From Chloroflexota bacterium (lineage in GTDB: Bacteria; Chloroflexota; Dehalococcoidia; UBA2979), in NCBI GenBank assembly GCA_027593235.1, contig JAQCIU010000006.1, positions 1 through 64,000 of the forward strand: a DNA stretch of 64,000 nt, read 5' to 3'. Both the position numbers and the translations under genes were made by a program. The notes under the pieces are model-generated. The model ran no database searches and was not told the origin of the DNA. It saw only the letters and a list, made by a program, of their open reading frames with translations. Positions 26,552-36,483 of the stretch are shown one piece after another; within the stretch, counting starts at the first letter, position 1, and the number at the start of each line of letters is the position of its first letter.

Positions 26552-27286
26552 GTGGCGTTCATCAAAGCCTGCCTCAACGGCGGCCGCCGGCGCGCCGACG
26601 CGCCCGGCGTCCCCGAGTCACCCAATGACGTCGCGCTTAGCGCAGCCGAGGTCGCCGACGCCGGCGCCTGCGCTATCCACGTGCACGTCCGCAACCTCGA
26701 GGGCGGGCAGAGCCTCGATCTCGCGGACGTGGATGCCACCGTCGGCGTATTGCGCCACATGGTCGAGAAGCCGATCGGCGTCAGCACCGGCGCCTGGATT
26801 TCCTCCGGCGAACTGCGGATGAACCAGGTCCGCAGTTGGACCGAACTCCCGGACTTCGCATCTGTGAACTTCCACGAGGACGGCTGCGAGGAACTCGCCG
26901 CGCTGCTGCTCGAGCGTGGCATCGCCGTCGAAGCCGGCCTCTGGCACGCCGAGGCGGCCCAACGCCTCGTGGCGAGCGGCTTCGCCGACCGCTGCGTCCG
27001 CATCCTCATCGAGCCGCTCGAGCAGGATCTCGAGCAAGCGCGCGCGAACGGAGCGGCGATCGAGGCCGTCCTCGACGCGGCCGCCACCACCGCACCGCGC
27101 TTGCTGCACGGCAACCGCGACACGACGTGGCCGTTGCTGATCGATGCCGTCCGCCGCGGCCTGCAAACGCGCATCGGTTTCGAGGACACACTGACGTTGC
27201 CAGACGGCACGCCCGCCGCGAGCAACCGCGATCTCGTCGCGGTCGCGCTCAGGCTCGCCGAACGGTTCGAGGGCGAACCGGCTTAG
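26552..27286 (+). CDS. 3-keto-5-aminohexanoate cleavage (BKACE/DUF849) family protein
   Basis: KACLNGGR, GACAIHVHVR, PDFASVN, EAGLW, LLHG, RIGFEDT. GTG start placed at 26552. Confidence 0.88.
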   Translation: MAFIKACLNGGRRRADAPGVPESPNDVALSAAEVADAGACAIHVHVRNLEGGQSLDLADVDATVGVLRHMVEKPIGVSTGAWISSGELRMNQVRSWTELPDFASVNFHEDGCEELAALLLERGIAVEAGLWHAEAAQRLVASGFADRCVRILIEPLEQDLEQARANGAAIEAVLDAAATTAPRLLHGNRDTTWPLLIDAVRRGLQTRIGFEDTLTLPDGTPAASNRDLVAVALRLAERFEGEPA

Positions 27287-27822
27287 CCGCCGATATCGTC
27301 CCGCGTCGCCTCGAACTCCCGCCAACTCGCGATCGTCTTCGCGCGGGCGCGCTCGTAGCCAATTCGATCCCCGTAGTACCCACCGAGGAACCCGGCGAGG
27401 CCGCGCACGCCGATCAGCAGAATGATCGCGTAGACGATCGTCGCGGGCAGCAGATGGTCCCGCAGGTACGGAATACCGAGCACCACACCCAGCCCGCCGA
27501 CCACCGCGATCAACACCCCGAGGAACGCGAAGCTCGTCACGATCGTCGACTCGGTCTTGCGCTGTCGTCGCAGGATCTCCGTGATCTCATCCGGCACCAG
27601 ATCCACGGTCGGACGGCCCTCCACCGTGTGATTGTTGCAGTGCGAGCAGCGCTCAATATCGCGCCCCAACGGGTGGTAGCAGTTCCCGCAGAAGCGCCCG
27701 CGACTGGGCGCCTCGCCGCGGCTCACCGCGATCAGGTGCTCCTCCAGCCGTTCGCTGAAGATCGGGCAGTCCGCCGTCACCGGTGGCCGGAACCGCCGCT
27801 CCTGCGGCGCCTCCATGCTCAC
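27283..27822 (-). CDS. Hypothetical zinc-ribbon membrane protein
   Basis: CGNC...CSHC followed by two TM helices. 4-nt overlap with mug. Confidence 0.75.
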   Translation of the reverse strand: MSMEAPQERRFRPPVTADCPIFSERLEEHLIAVSRGEAPSRGRFCGNCYHPLGRDIERCSHCNNHTVEGRPTVDLVPDEITEILRRQRKTESTIVTSFAFLGVLIAVVGGLGVVLGIPYLRDHLLPATIVYAIILLIGVRGLAGFLGGYYGDRIGYERARAKTIASWREFEATRDDIGG

Positions 27823-28373
27823 GCCGCACCTCGCGCCGGCGCGTTCAGCGCGTCCCGCCCGAGGTACGCCGCCAATTCATCGAGCACGCGGTGGACGTGT
27901 TCGCGGTGCCGCATCGCGCGACCGGACGTCGAGGGCATCACCCACACCGAGGCGCCCTCGATATCGACGGGCTGCCGCCCCCACGCACCGCTCGTGCGCA
28001 CCTTCGGGAACAGCACGTCGAACGCACGCGAGCTGGTCAGGCACACCGCACGCGGCGACGCACCGGCAATCCGCGCGCGGAACGCGGCCTCCGCGGCACG
28101 CAACTCCTCGGTCGTGACGTCGGTGCTATCGGTGACGACGCGCTTCACAACGTCGGTGAAGCCGATCCGCGCCACCCCGGGGAGGGTGTGATCGTCCTCG
28201 GCCGTCACGGCGCGCGCCACGAGCATCGAGGCACTGAGCGCGGGCCAGAAACCGTTGCCGGGATGGGCGTAATAGTGGCCGGCGAGCGCGGAGCGTTCAC
28301 CGGGATTGATGCCGACGAACACCAGATCGAGGCCGGGCACAAGCAAGTCCGGCAGCGTCTCGATCGCGGTCAC
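27819..28373 (-). CDS. mug: G:T/U mismatch-specific DNA glycosylase (Mug/TDG family)
   Basis: LPDLL.PGL..VFVGINPG, HYYAHPGNGFW, MPSTSG. Confidence 0.92.
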   Translation of the reverse strand: MTAIETLPDLLVPGLDLVFVGINPGERSALAGHYYAHPGNGFWPALSASMLVARAVTAEDDHTLPGVARIGFTDVVKRVVTDSTDVTTEELRAAEAAFRARIAGASPRAVCLTSSRAFDVLFPKVRTSGAWGRQPVDIEGASVWVMPSTSGRAMRHREHVHRVLDELAAYLGRDALNAPARGAA

Positions 28374-28375
28374 CG

Positions 28376-28888
28376 CTAGTTCGCGACGTACGAGAACTCG
28401 CCGCGCCCCAACAGCGTGCCGAGCACCAGGATCGCGACCGCGACCAGCATCATCACCAGCGCCAGCATCAGCGAAATCCGGCGCTTATTCTCCAGCGCGA
28501 ACTCGTCGCCGTCGCCGGCAGCGACGGCATCCGCGAGGCGTCCGATCCGCCGTCCGATCACGCCGTGCACGCCGAGCAGACCGATGAAGACCGTGAACAG
28601 CGTCATCTTCGTGATGAAAAGCCAGCCGAAGCGGTAGGACACCATGTCCTCGCTGATCGCGTCCGGCGTGACGTTGTAGAACTGGTACAGCCCGGTCACC
28701 AGCAGCGTCAGCATCGCGGTACCCGCGATATAGGCGTACCGCTGCGTAATCACCCGCGTGACCGCCCGCTTCAGCGCCTCGTCCTCGATCAGCCACGTCG
28801 CCGGGACCGCCGCGAAGAAGAGCAGCACCTGCGGGCCGACCAGCAGCGTGGCGGCGAACACGTGGACCACCAGCGAGACGTTGTCCAT
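28376..28888 (-). CDS. Four-TM membrane protein (CopD/DUF2269-like)
   Basis: N-terminal HVFAA..LVG, TG in TM2, K in TM3. Confidence 0.65.
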   Translation of the reverse strand: MDNVSLVVHVFAATLLVGPQVLLFFAAVPATWLIEDEALKRAVTRVITQRYAYIAGTAMLTLLVTGLYQFYNVTPDAISEDMVSYRFGWLFITKMTLFTVFIGLLGVHGVIGRRIGRLADAVAAGDGDEFALENKRRISLMLALVMMLVAVAILVLGTLLGRGEFSYVAN

Positions 28889-28906
28889 GACGCGCTCCTT
28901 CGAGGA

Positions 28907-30250
<1,344 letters not shown>

Positions 30251-30311
30251 TCAACGCGCGGTGTCAGTGGAAAACCCGCGAGATCATACCGGACAGCGGG
30301 GCCGCGCTCGA

Positions 30312-31208
30312 TCAGTCGCTGATCTGATCCCGTGCCGCGATCGCATCGGCACGCGCCACCACCAGCCTCGCCGCGCGCATCGCGCGCCGGTCAACGGGCT
30401 CCACGCGCGGGTTCCCCTCATCGCCGATCAGCGCCACGCCCGAGGTCATGCCGTCCCCGCGCAGCCGCTCCCACTCACGCAGCACTGCCCGCGCCGAGGC
30501 CACGTCCGCCGCGTCCGGTTGGAACAACGAGTGCACGCCACGAACGCCGGCTTCCGACTGGACCGTCACCCCGGCCGCGCCGAACTCGTGGGCGCGCGCC
30601 GCCTCGATGAACCCGCGATCGGCCTCGAAGGTGCCGACGATCCACGGCAGCTCCGCGGCGCGGGCGGTAACGGCGGTCAGCGCCATCACGTAGTCAAGAG
30701 CGTCATGGCGACCACGCGCCAGGCCGAGATCGCGATGCATCCGTCCCGCGTTCAACGCGATCGCCGCGTAGCGATCGACAGCTTCGGCGATCACCGGCAG
30801 CGCCTGCAGCCCGGCCGCCGAGTCGATCTCCGGAATCAGTCGCACCGCACCCGGCGTGATCTCATGCGCCAGCTCGAACTTCCGCAGCAGCACGTCGGCG
30901 TCCCGCGCGTCCTGCGGCACCTCGGTACCGGCGACGATCACCGCCGCCAGTGCCGGGCGTACCGCGGCAAGCAGGTCGGCCGCCAGCGCCCCGCTGCTGA
31001 CCGAGGACACGCGCACCATCACCGTGCGCCCGGTCGCTCCAATCGCGTCGATCGCCTCGGCCAGGTTCGCCCGCGCCTCGCCACGATCGGTGTCGTGCGC
31101 CGGCACGGCGACGTCCAGCACCACCGCGTCGGCGCCAGTGCGGCGCGCCGCGAGCAGCGCCTCCTGATCGGATGCGGGAACAACAAGCAGGCTGCGGAGC
31201 GGGAGCAT
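30312..31208 (-). CDS. HpcH/CitE (citrate lyase beta / malyl-CoA lyase) family protein, degenerate
   Basis: RSLLVVPA, GADAVVLD, VMVRV and overall CitE layout. DLED, IE[ST], GxxD and GKxxIHP motifs are altered. Confidence 0.78.
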   Translation of the reverse strand: MLPLRSLLVVPASDQEALLAARRTGADAVVLDVAVPAHDTDRGEARANLAEAIDAIGATGRTVMVRVSSVSSGALAADLLAAVRPALAAVIVAGTEVPQDARDADVLLRKFELAHEITPGAVRLIPEIDSAAGLQALPVIAEAVDRYAAIALNAGRMHRDLGLARGRHDALDYVMALTAVTARAAELPWIVGTFEADRGFIEAARAHEFGAAGVTVQSEAGVRGVHSLFQPDAADVASARAVLREWERLRGDGMTSGVALIGDEGNPRVEPVDRRAMRAARLVVARADAIAARDQISD

Positions 31209-31258
31209 GGTCTGTCCTCTCGCTGCCCGCGGTCAGGCAGCCATCGTGTGTTCCGTCG

Positions 31259-31984
31259 CTATGCGATGAGGTCTTCGCCCAACCCCGCCTCTTCGTCGAC
31301 GTCCTCCAGGAATTCCAGCACCGCCTCATTCCAGGCGCCCGGGCGCTGGCCGGAGGTGCCGTGAGAGCAGCCGGCGAGGCGCACGATCCGCCGTCGCGGC
31401 AGCGCGTCGACCAGCCGATCGAGGCCCGGCAGGATCATCTCGTCGTGCTCGCCAACGATCACCAGCGTCGGGATGTCGAGGCTGGCGAGCTGTGGTGTCA
31501 GGTCCGGGCGCGTCCGCATCGCGTGCATGCAGCCCTCGAGGCCGGCGTCACCGCCGTACGCCGCCGCCATGCTCGCGCTGGGCGCACCGGGCGGTTGCGA
31601 CCCACGCGTCGTCGAATCGGAAAGGATCAGCGCGTGCACGTCCGCTGGATGGTCGACCGCATACTGCAGCGCGATCTGCCCACCGAACGACATGCCGCCA
31701 ATCACCGCGTCCTCCACCGCCTCGATCGTCTCGAGCAGCGCGCGCAGGTCCGCGGAGAGCGCCGCCATCGAGTACGACTCGGGGTCAGCGGGCGCGCTGC
31801 TGCCACCGTGGCCGCGCGCATCCCAGGTGATCAGCCGGTGCTCGGCGGAGAGCGCCGCGAGCTGCGGCATCCACATCTCCAGTGAGACGCCAAACCCGTG
31901 CGCCAGTACCAGCGGCCGGCCATCGCGTGGGCCGCGATCGTCGTATCGAATCTGGATGCCCTCGGACGTCTCGATCTGTGGCAC
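31259..31984 (-). CDS. Alpha/beta hydrolase
   Basis: LAHGF, WDARGHG.S, GMSFGG nucleophile elbow, GEHD, C-terminal His. Confidence 0.92.
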   Translation of the reverse strand: MPQIETSEGIQIRYDDRGPRDGRPLVLAHGFGVSLEMWMPQLAALSAEHRLITWDARGHGGSSAPADPESYSMAALSADLRALLETIEAVEDAVIGGMSFGGQIALQYAVDHPADVHALILSDSTTRGSQPPGAPSASMAAAYGGDAGLEGCMHAMRTRPDLTPQLASLDIPTLVIVGEHDEMILPGLDRLVDALPRRRIVRLAGCSHGTSGQRPGAWNEAVLEFLEDVDEEAGLGEDLIA

Positions 31985-32020
31985 GGGCTCTCTCCTGGCG
32001 GCGCCACCCCACGCGGGCGG

Positions 32021-33019
32021 CTAGAACTGGCGTCGCACCGCCAGCGTCAAGGTCTCTTCGAGGAACGTGATGGTACGCGCGAGCCGGGCCGCGTCGGGCA
32101 CGTCCACCATGTGCTTTTCGATCTTCTGAAGCGCCAGCGCGACCGCGAGGCGATGCGCCTCCACCAGCCGGATCTCGCGGAAGACGCCGTTGTTCGTGTA
32201 CCCGTCCAGCAGCGCCTCGGTCGCGGCCCACCCGAAGTAGAACGCGAACGAGGCGATATCGAACGCCGGCGGCACGATCGCAGCGTCGCCGAAATCGATG
32301 AGGCCACTCAGCCGGCCGTCCTGCACGCGCAGGTGCGAGCCGTTGAGGTCGGTGTGACTGACCGAGAACTGGACGCGCGACTCCTCGAACCGAAGCAGCC
32401 CTTCGCGCAGCGGCGCGATCGTGCTCACCAGCACCGGCGCCGCATGCACTACCGGGTGCGCGAGGAGCGGGCGGCCATCGAACGGCCACAGCTTCGGCCA
32501 CCAGCGCGACAGCACGCCGTCGTGGCGATCCGTCGCCGTGCCGTGCAGCGCATCCGCGCGGTCCTCGAGCCGCCCGTAACCCTCGGCAGGCAGCGCGTGC
32601 AACGCGGCGAGCAACCGTCCGAGGTCGGTCGCCGCCGCCTCCGGGATCGTGTCGGTGAGCGGATCGCCGGCAGCCCAGCCGGTGACCATCCAGTCCCAGC
32701 GCCCGTCGGCGGGGTCATGACCCTCGATCGTCGCGGCGGTCGCGATCGCGGCGGGGACCGGCAGGTCGCCCTGCCCCAGGCCCTCGAGGATCGCGTGCCG
32801 CGCGGCGTAGATCGTCGGCTCGTCGCGATAGCGCTCGTGCCGCGCTTCCGGCGGGATCGCGACCACCACGCAGTACGGACCGCCACGCGCCTCCACGTAC
32901 CAGCCGACGCTCGTCTGGCCCTGCCCGGCGATCCGCAGATCGTCCGGATCCTCGCCCGTCGCGGCGTGGACGATCCGCGCCACCATCGGCGCGTCAGACA
33001 TCGTGCCCAGGCCCGCCAT
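32021..33019 (-). CDS. Aminoglycoside phosphotransferase/choline kinase-like protein
   Basis: LGRLLAALH, HTDL, GLIDFGD, FDIA. Confidence 0.82.
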   Translation of the reverse strand: MAGLGTMSDAPMVARIVHAATGEDPDDLRIAGQGQTSVGWYVEARGGPYCVVVAIPPEARHERYRDEPTIYAARHAILEGLGQGDLPVPAAIATAATIEGHDPADGRWDWMVTGWAAGDPLTDTIPEAAATDLGRLLAALHALPAEGYGRLEDRADALHGTATDRHDGVLSRWWPKLWPFDGRPLLAHPVVHAAPVLVSTIAPLREGLLRFEESRVQFSVSHTDLNGSHLRVQDGRLSGLIDFGDAAIVPPAFDIASFAFYFGWAATEALLDGYTNNGVFREIRLVEAHRLAVALALQKIEKHMVDVPDAARLARTITFLEETLTLAVRRQF

Positions 33020-33021
33020 CG

Positions 33022-34296
33022 CTAGCCGTGCAGCAACGCGTCGAGGCGATCTGCCTCGGCGGTTGGTCCAACCACGGCGATCGAGAACTCGCCGGGGCCG
33101 ATCACCCGCTTCGCGACCGCCTGGATGTCCGCGGCGGTCACCGCTCGCAGCGCGGTCACGGAGTCCTCGGGCGATTCGATCTCGCCATCCATCAGCAGCT
33201 GGTTGCCGTAGCGCTGCCCCAGCGCCATCGGCGTCTCCAGCGAGAGGCGGAAGCTGCCGGCGGCGTAGTCCTTGGTGCGCTGCAACTCCTCGTCACCCAT
33301 CGGCTCGTCCACCAGCTTGCGCAGCTCGGCGAGGATCACCTCCAGCGCCTCCTCCTGGTGCTCACGGGTCACGCCCGCGCTCACCGTCAGCGATCCGGTG
33401 TCCGAGTAACGCGCGCCACCCGCCGACACGGAGTAAGCCAGCCCTCGGCGCTCCCGCACCTCCTGGAAGAGCCGCGAGGACATCCCCCGCCCCAGCGCGG
33501 TGTTCATCAGGTCGAAGGCGTAGCGATCCGGGTCGTTGCGCGCCATGCCATGCATCGAGAGCGCCACGTTCGTCTGCTCCAGTTCGCGCGGATCGAGCTG
33601 GATGTATGCCTCGGGCCGTTCGGTCTTCGAGGCGACTGGTGCGGCGGGCTTACCGACCGGAAGGTCGCTGAACCGCGCGGTCGCCCACTCCACCACCTGC
33701 TGATGCTCGACGTTCCCGGACACCGACAGCACGGAATTGTCCGCGGTGTAGTACCCGGTCATGTGCTCCGCGAAGTCGGGGCGATGCATCTCCTCGACGG
33801 ATTCGACGGATCCGGCCACCGGCCAGCCGATCGGCTGATCACCGTAAACCGCGCGCCCCAGCAGTTCGCCGACGAAGGCGCCCGGGTTGTCGTGCGCGCG
33901 CTTAATCTCCTGCTGCACCACCGTCCGTTCGCGGTCGATCTCCACGGTCTCCAGCAGCGAGTGCTGAAGCATGTCCCCGAGGATCTCGATGCCGGTCTCC
34001 GCCCGCTCGTACGGAAGGTTGTTCCAGTAACAGGTCAGCTCTTTCGTCGTGTAGGCGTTCAGGCTGCCGCCCGCGCCCTCGATCGCTTGCGAGATCTGCG
34101 TCGCCTCGGGGCGCTCAGTCGTGCCCTTGAAGAGCATGTGCTCGATGTAGTGCGACAACCCGTTGGTACGCGGATCCTCGTTGCGCGATCCCACCCGCAC
34201 AAAGAACGCGGCGGCGGCGGATTGCGCCGTCGGCACGGTAGTGGTCAGCACCCGGAGGCCATTGTCGAGCGTCGTCAGTTGCCAACCCTGTGCCAC
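33022..34296 (-). CDS. M16 family zinc peptidase
   Basis: LDNGLRV, VGSR.E, HYIEHMLFKGT (HxxEH), NAYT, SSRLFQEVRE.RGLAY. AGAGGAG precedes GTG 34296. Confidence 0.95.
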   Translation of the reverse strand: MAQGWQLTTLDNGLRVLTTTVPTAQSAAAAFFVRVGSRNEDPRTNGLSHYIEHMLFKGTTERPEATQISQAIEGAGGSLNAYTTKELTCYWNNLPYERAETGIEILGDMLQHSLLETVEIDRERTVVQQEIKRAHDNPGAFVGELLGRAVYGDQPIGWPVAGSVESVEEMHRPDFAEHMTGYYTADNSVLSVSGNVEHQQVVEWATARFSDLPVGKPAAPVASKTERPEAYIQLDPRELEQTNVALSMHGMARNDPDRYAFDLMNTALGRGMSSRLFQEVRERRGLAYSVSAGGARYSDTGSLTVSAGVTREHQEEALEVILAELRKLVDEPMGDEELQRTKDYAAGSFRLSLETPMALGQRYGNQLLMDGEIESPEDSVTALRAVTAADIQAVAKRVIGPGEFSIAVVGPTAEADRLDALLHG

Positions 34297-34451
34297 GAGC
34301 GCTCCTCTAGCTGTCATTTTTGGACGTTGCACTAATGTCTGATCGACCCCGCCAGCAGCGCGGGTCACTACTGAGTAAGATACCGGCAGCACGTATCGAG
34401 CAAATCCGGCGATTCGACCGTTGTGGCCGTCGCTAGCGAAAGGGAACCAGC

Positions 34452-36323
34452 GTGGAAGAAGTCGCGTTCAACGGACGAATCCTCAACATCAACCTCACCA
34501 CCGGTGAGATCGAGCCGGAAACCATCCCGGAACAGATGTACCGCGAGCACCTCGGTGGCTACGGCCTCGGAGCGCGGTTGCTGTTCGACCGCATCCCGGC
34601 GGATGCCGATCCGCTCGGCCCCGACAACGTCCTTGGCTTCTTCCCCGGCCTCCTCACCGGCACGCCGCTGTTCGGTCAGCGCTTCCAGGTCGTCGCCAAA
34701 TCGCCAAAGAACAACGGCTGGGGCGACGCCAACTGCGGCGGCGACTTTGGTCCCATGCTCAAATTCACCGGCTACGACGGCATCCTCTTCAGCGGCCAGT
34801 CGGACAAGCCCGTCTACCTCTACATCGAAGACGACAAGGTCGAACTCCGCGACGCGGCCCCGTACTGGGGCGGCCTCGCGATCGACGTCGAGGACCAACT
34901 GAAGGAAGAACTCGGCAAGAAGATCAGCGTTGCGCTGATCGGACCGGCCGGCGAGAACCTCAGCATCATGTCCGGCGTGGCCAACGAGCGCGGCCGTCTC
35001 GCCGCCCGCTCCGGCGTCGGCGCGGTCATGGGCTCCAAGAAGCTCAAGGCCGTCGTCGTGAAGCCGACCAAGAAGATCATGGCCCAGAACAAAGAGGTCA
35101 TCCTCACCGTCAAGGACAGCCTCGCGGGCTTCAACCAGGGTGCGAAGAAGTTCTTTACCACCTTCGGCACCACCGGCATCACCGCCAACTCCGCGATCAA
35201 CGGCGATGCACCCGTCCTCAACTGGGGCGGCGTCGGTGTCGTGAACCTGGTCGAGAACATGGACATGTCGGGCATGAACGGCCCGGTCGTCAACGAGAGC
35301 ATGGAGAAGAAGTACGCCTGCTGGCACTGCCCGGTCGCCTGTGGCGCCGAGTCCGTGGATGGCAGCGACCGCGGCGAGTTCGCGTTCCCGAAGCACACCC
35401 ACCGTCCCGAGTACGAGACGATGGGCGCCTTCGGCGTGATGAACGGCGTCAACGACACCGACGCGATGATCGCGGTCAACCACTGGTGTAACCAGTACGG
35501 CCTCGACACCATCTCCACCGGCGCCGCGATCTCCTTCGCCACGGAGTGCTTCGAAAACGGCCTCCTCACCAAGGAGGACACCGACGGCATCGAGCTCTCC
35601 TGGGGCAACGCCAGCAGCATGCTGCAGGCGCTCCACCAGATCGGCCGCCGCACGGGCGCCCTCGGCGAACTACTCGCTGACGGCACCACCGTGGCCGCCG
35701 AGAAGATGGGCCCCGCCGCCAAGGAGTTCGTGACGGCAATCGACGGCGAAGAGCCGCCGATGCACGACCCAAAGCTCGACGTTGGCTTCGCCAGCTCCTA
35801 CGCCCTCGACCCGACGCCAGCACGTCATACCATCTGGTCGCCCGGCAAGAGCTCCAAGTTCCCGACGATGCCGAAGGCTCCCGAGGACAAGAAGGGCGCG
35901 AACGGCTGGGCCCCGATCAGCAAGGCCGCACACGAGCAGGCCCACGTCATGAACTCGGCCGGCATGTGCTACTTCATCTACACCATGTCGCCGACCAACC
36001 GGATCCCCGAGTGGATCAACCTGGTCACCGGGTGGGACACGACGCACGAGGAGCTCAACCAGGTCGGCGAGCGCATCGCCAACCTGCGGATGGCCTTCGC
36101 CGTGAAGCACGGCAACAACCCCGCCAAGCGCGAGGTCCCCGGCCGCATCCTCGGCAGCCCGCCGCAGACCGCCGGACCGCACGAGGGCTACACGATCGAC
36201 CTCGAGACGATGAAGAACGAGTGGTTCGATCTCGCCGGTTGGGACCGCGAGACCAGCGCCCCGAGCCGCGCGAAGCTCGAATCGCTCGGCCTCGCCGACG
36301 TGGCAACGGCGCTCGGCGTCTAG
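34452..36323 (+). CDS. aor: Aldehyde:ferredoxin oxidoreductase family (W/Mo-pterin, 4Fe-4S)
   Basis: YLGG-like EHLGGYG, KSP, IGPAGEN, R.G.GAVMGSK.LKA, CWHCPVAC, PEYET, GLDTIST, GMC. Confidence 0.93.
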   Translation: MEEVAFNGRILNINLTTGEIEPETIPEQMYREHLGGYGLGARLLFDRIPADADPLGPDNVLGFFPGLLTGTPLFGQRFQVVAKSPKNNGWGDANCGGDFGPMLKFTGYDGILFSGQSDKPVYLYIEDDKVELRDAAPYWGGLAIDVEDQLKEELGKKISVALIGPAGENLSIMSGVANERGRLAARSGVGAVMGSKKLKAVVVKPTKKIMAQNKEVILTVKDSLAGFNQGAKKFFTTFGTTGITANSAINGDAPVLNWGGVGVVNLVENMDMSGMNGPVVNESMEKKYACWHCPVACGAESVDGSDRGEFAFPKHTHRPEYETMGAFGVMNGVNDTDAMIAVNHWCNQYGLDTISTGAAISFATECFENGLLTKEDTDGIELSWGNASSMLQALHQIGRRTGALGELLADGTTVAAEKMGPAAKEFVTAIDGEEPPMHDPKLDVGFASSYALDPTPARHTIWSPGKSSKFPTMPKAPEDKKGANGWAPISKAAHEQAHVMNSAGMCYFIYTMSPTNRIPEWINLVTGWDTTHEELNQVGERIANLRMAFAVKHGNNPAKREVPGRILGSPPQTAGPHEGYTIDLETMKNEWFDLAGWDRETSAPSRAKLESLGLADVATALGV

Positions 36324-36347
36324 CCTCGGCAGTCGCGATTGCAGTAC

Positions 36348-36375
36348 GAACGGCCCGCCTCACGGCGGGCCGTTC
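36348..36375 (+). terminator. Hairpin after aor, probable terminator
   Basis: GAACGGCCCGCC-TCAC-GGCGGGCCGTTC, 12-bp stem with only a weak U tail. Confidence 0.65.
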
Positions 36376-36483
36376 TGCGTCTCGCCGCACACGAGGACTG
36401 ACGGGCGCGGTTTCGTTCGACAGTCTTCGGAGCCGGGCCTAGACTGACTCAAACTGGGCTCCCCGCCCCTCCGATGGGATGCG

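Noticed and set aside
32021-33019. Aminoglycoside resistance gene
   Set aside because: Only the generic APH/choline kinase fold is evident; housekeeping context and no mobile element.
36440-36483. Bacillus-type pyrG reiterative-transcription attenuator (GGGCTC)
   Set aside because: No terminator between the GGGC and the start codon, and the spacing from the -10 is too long.
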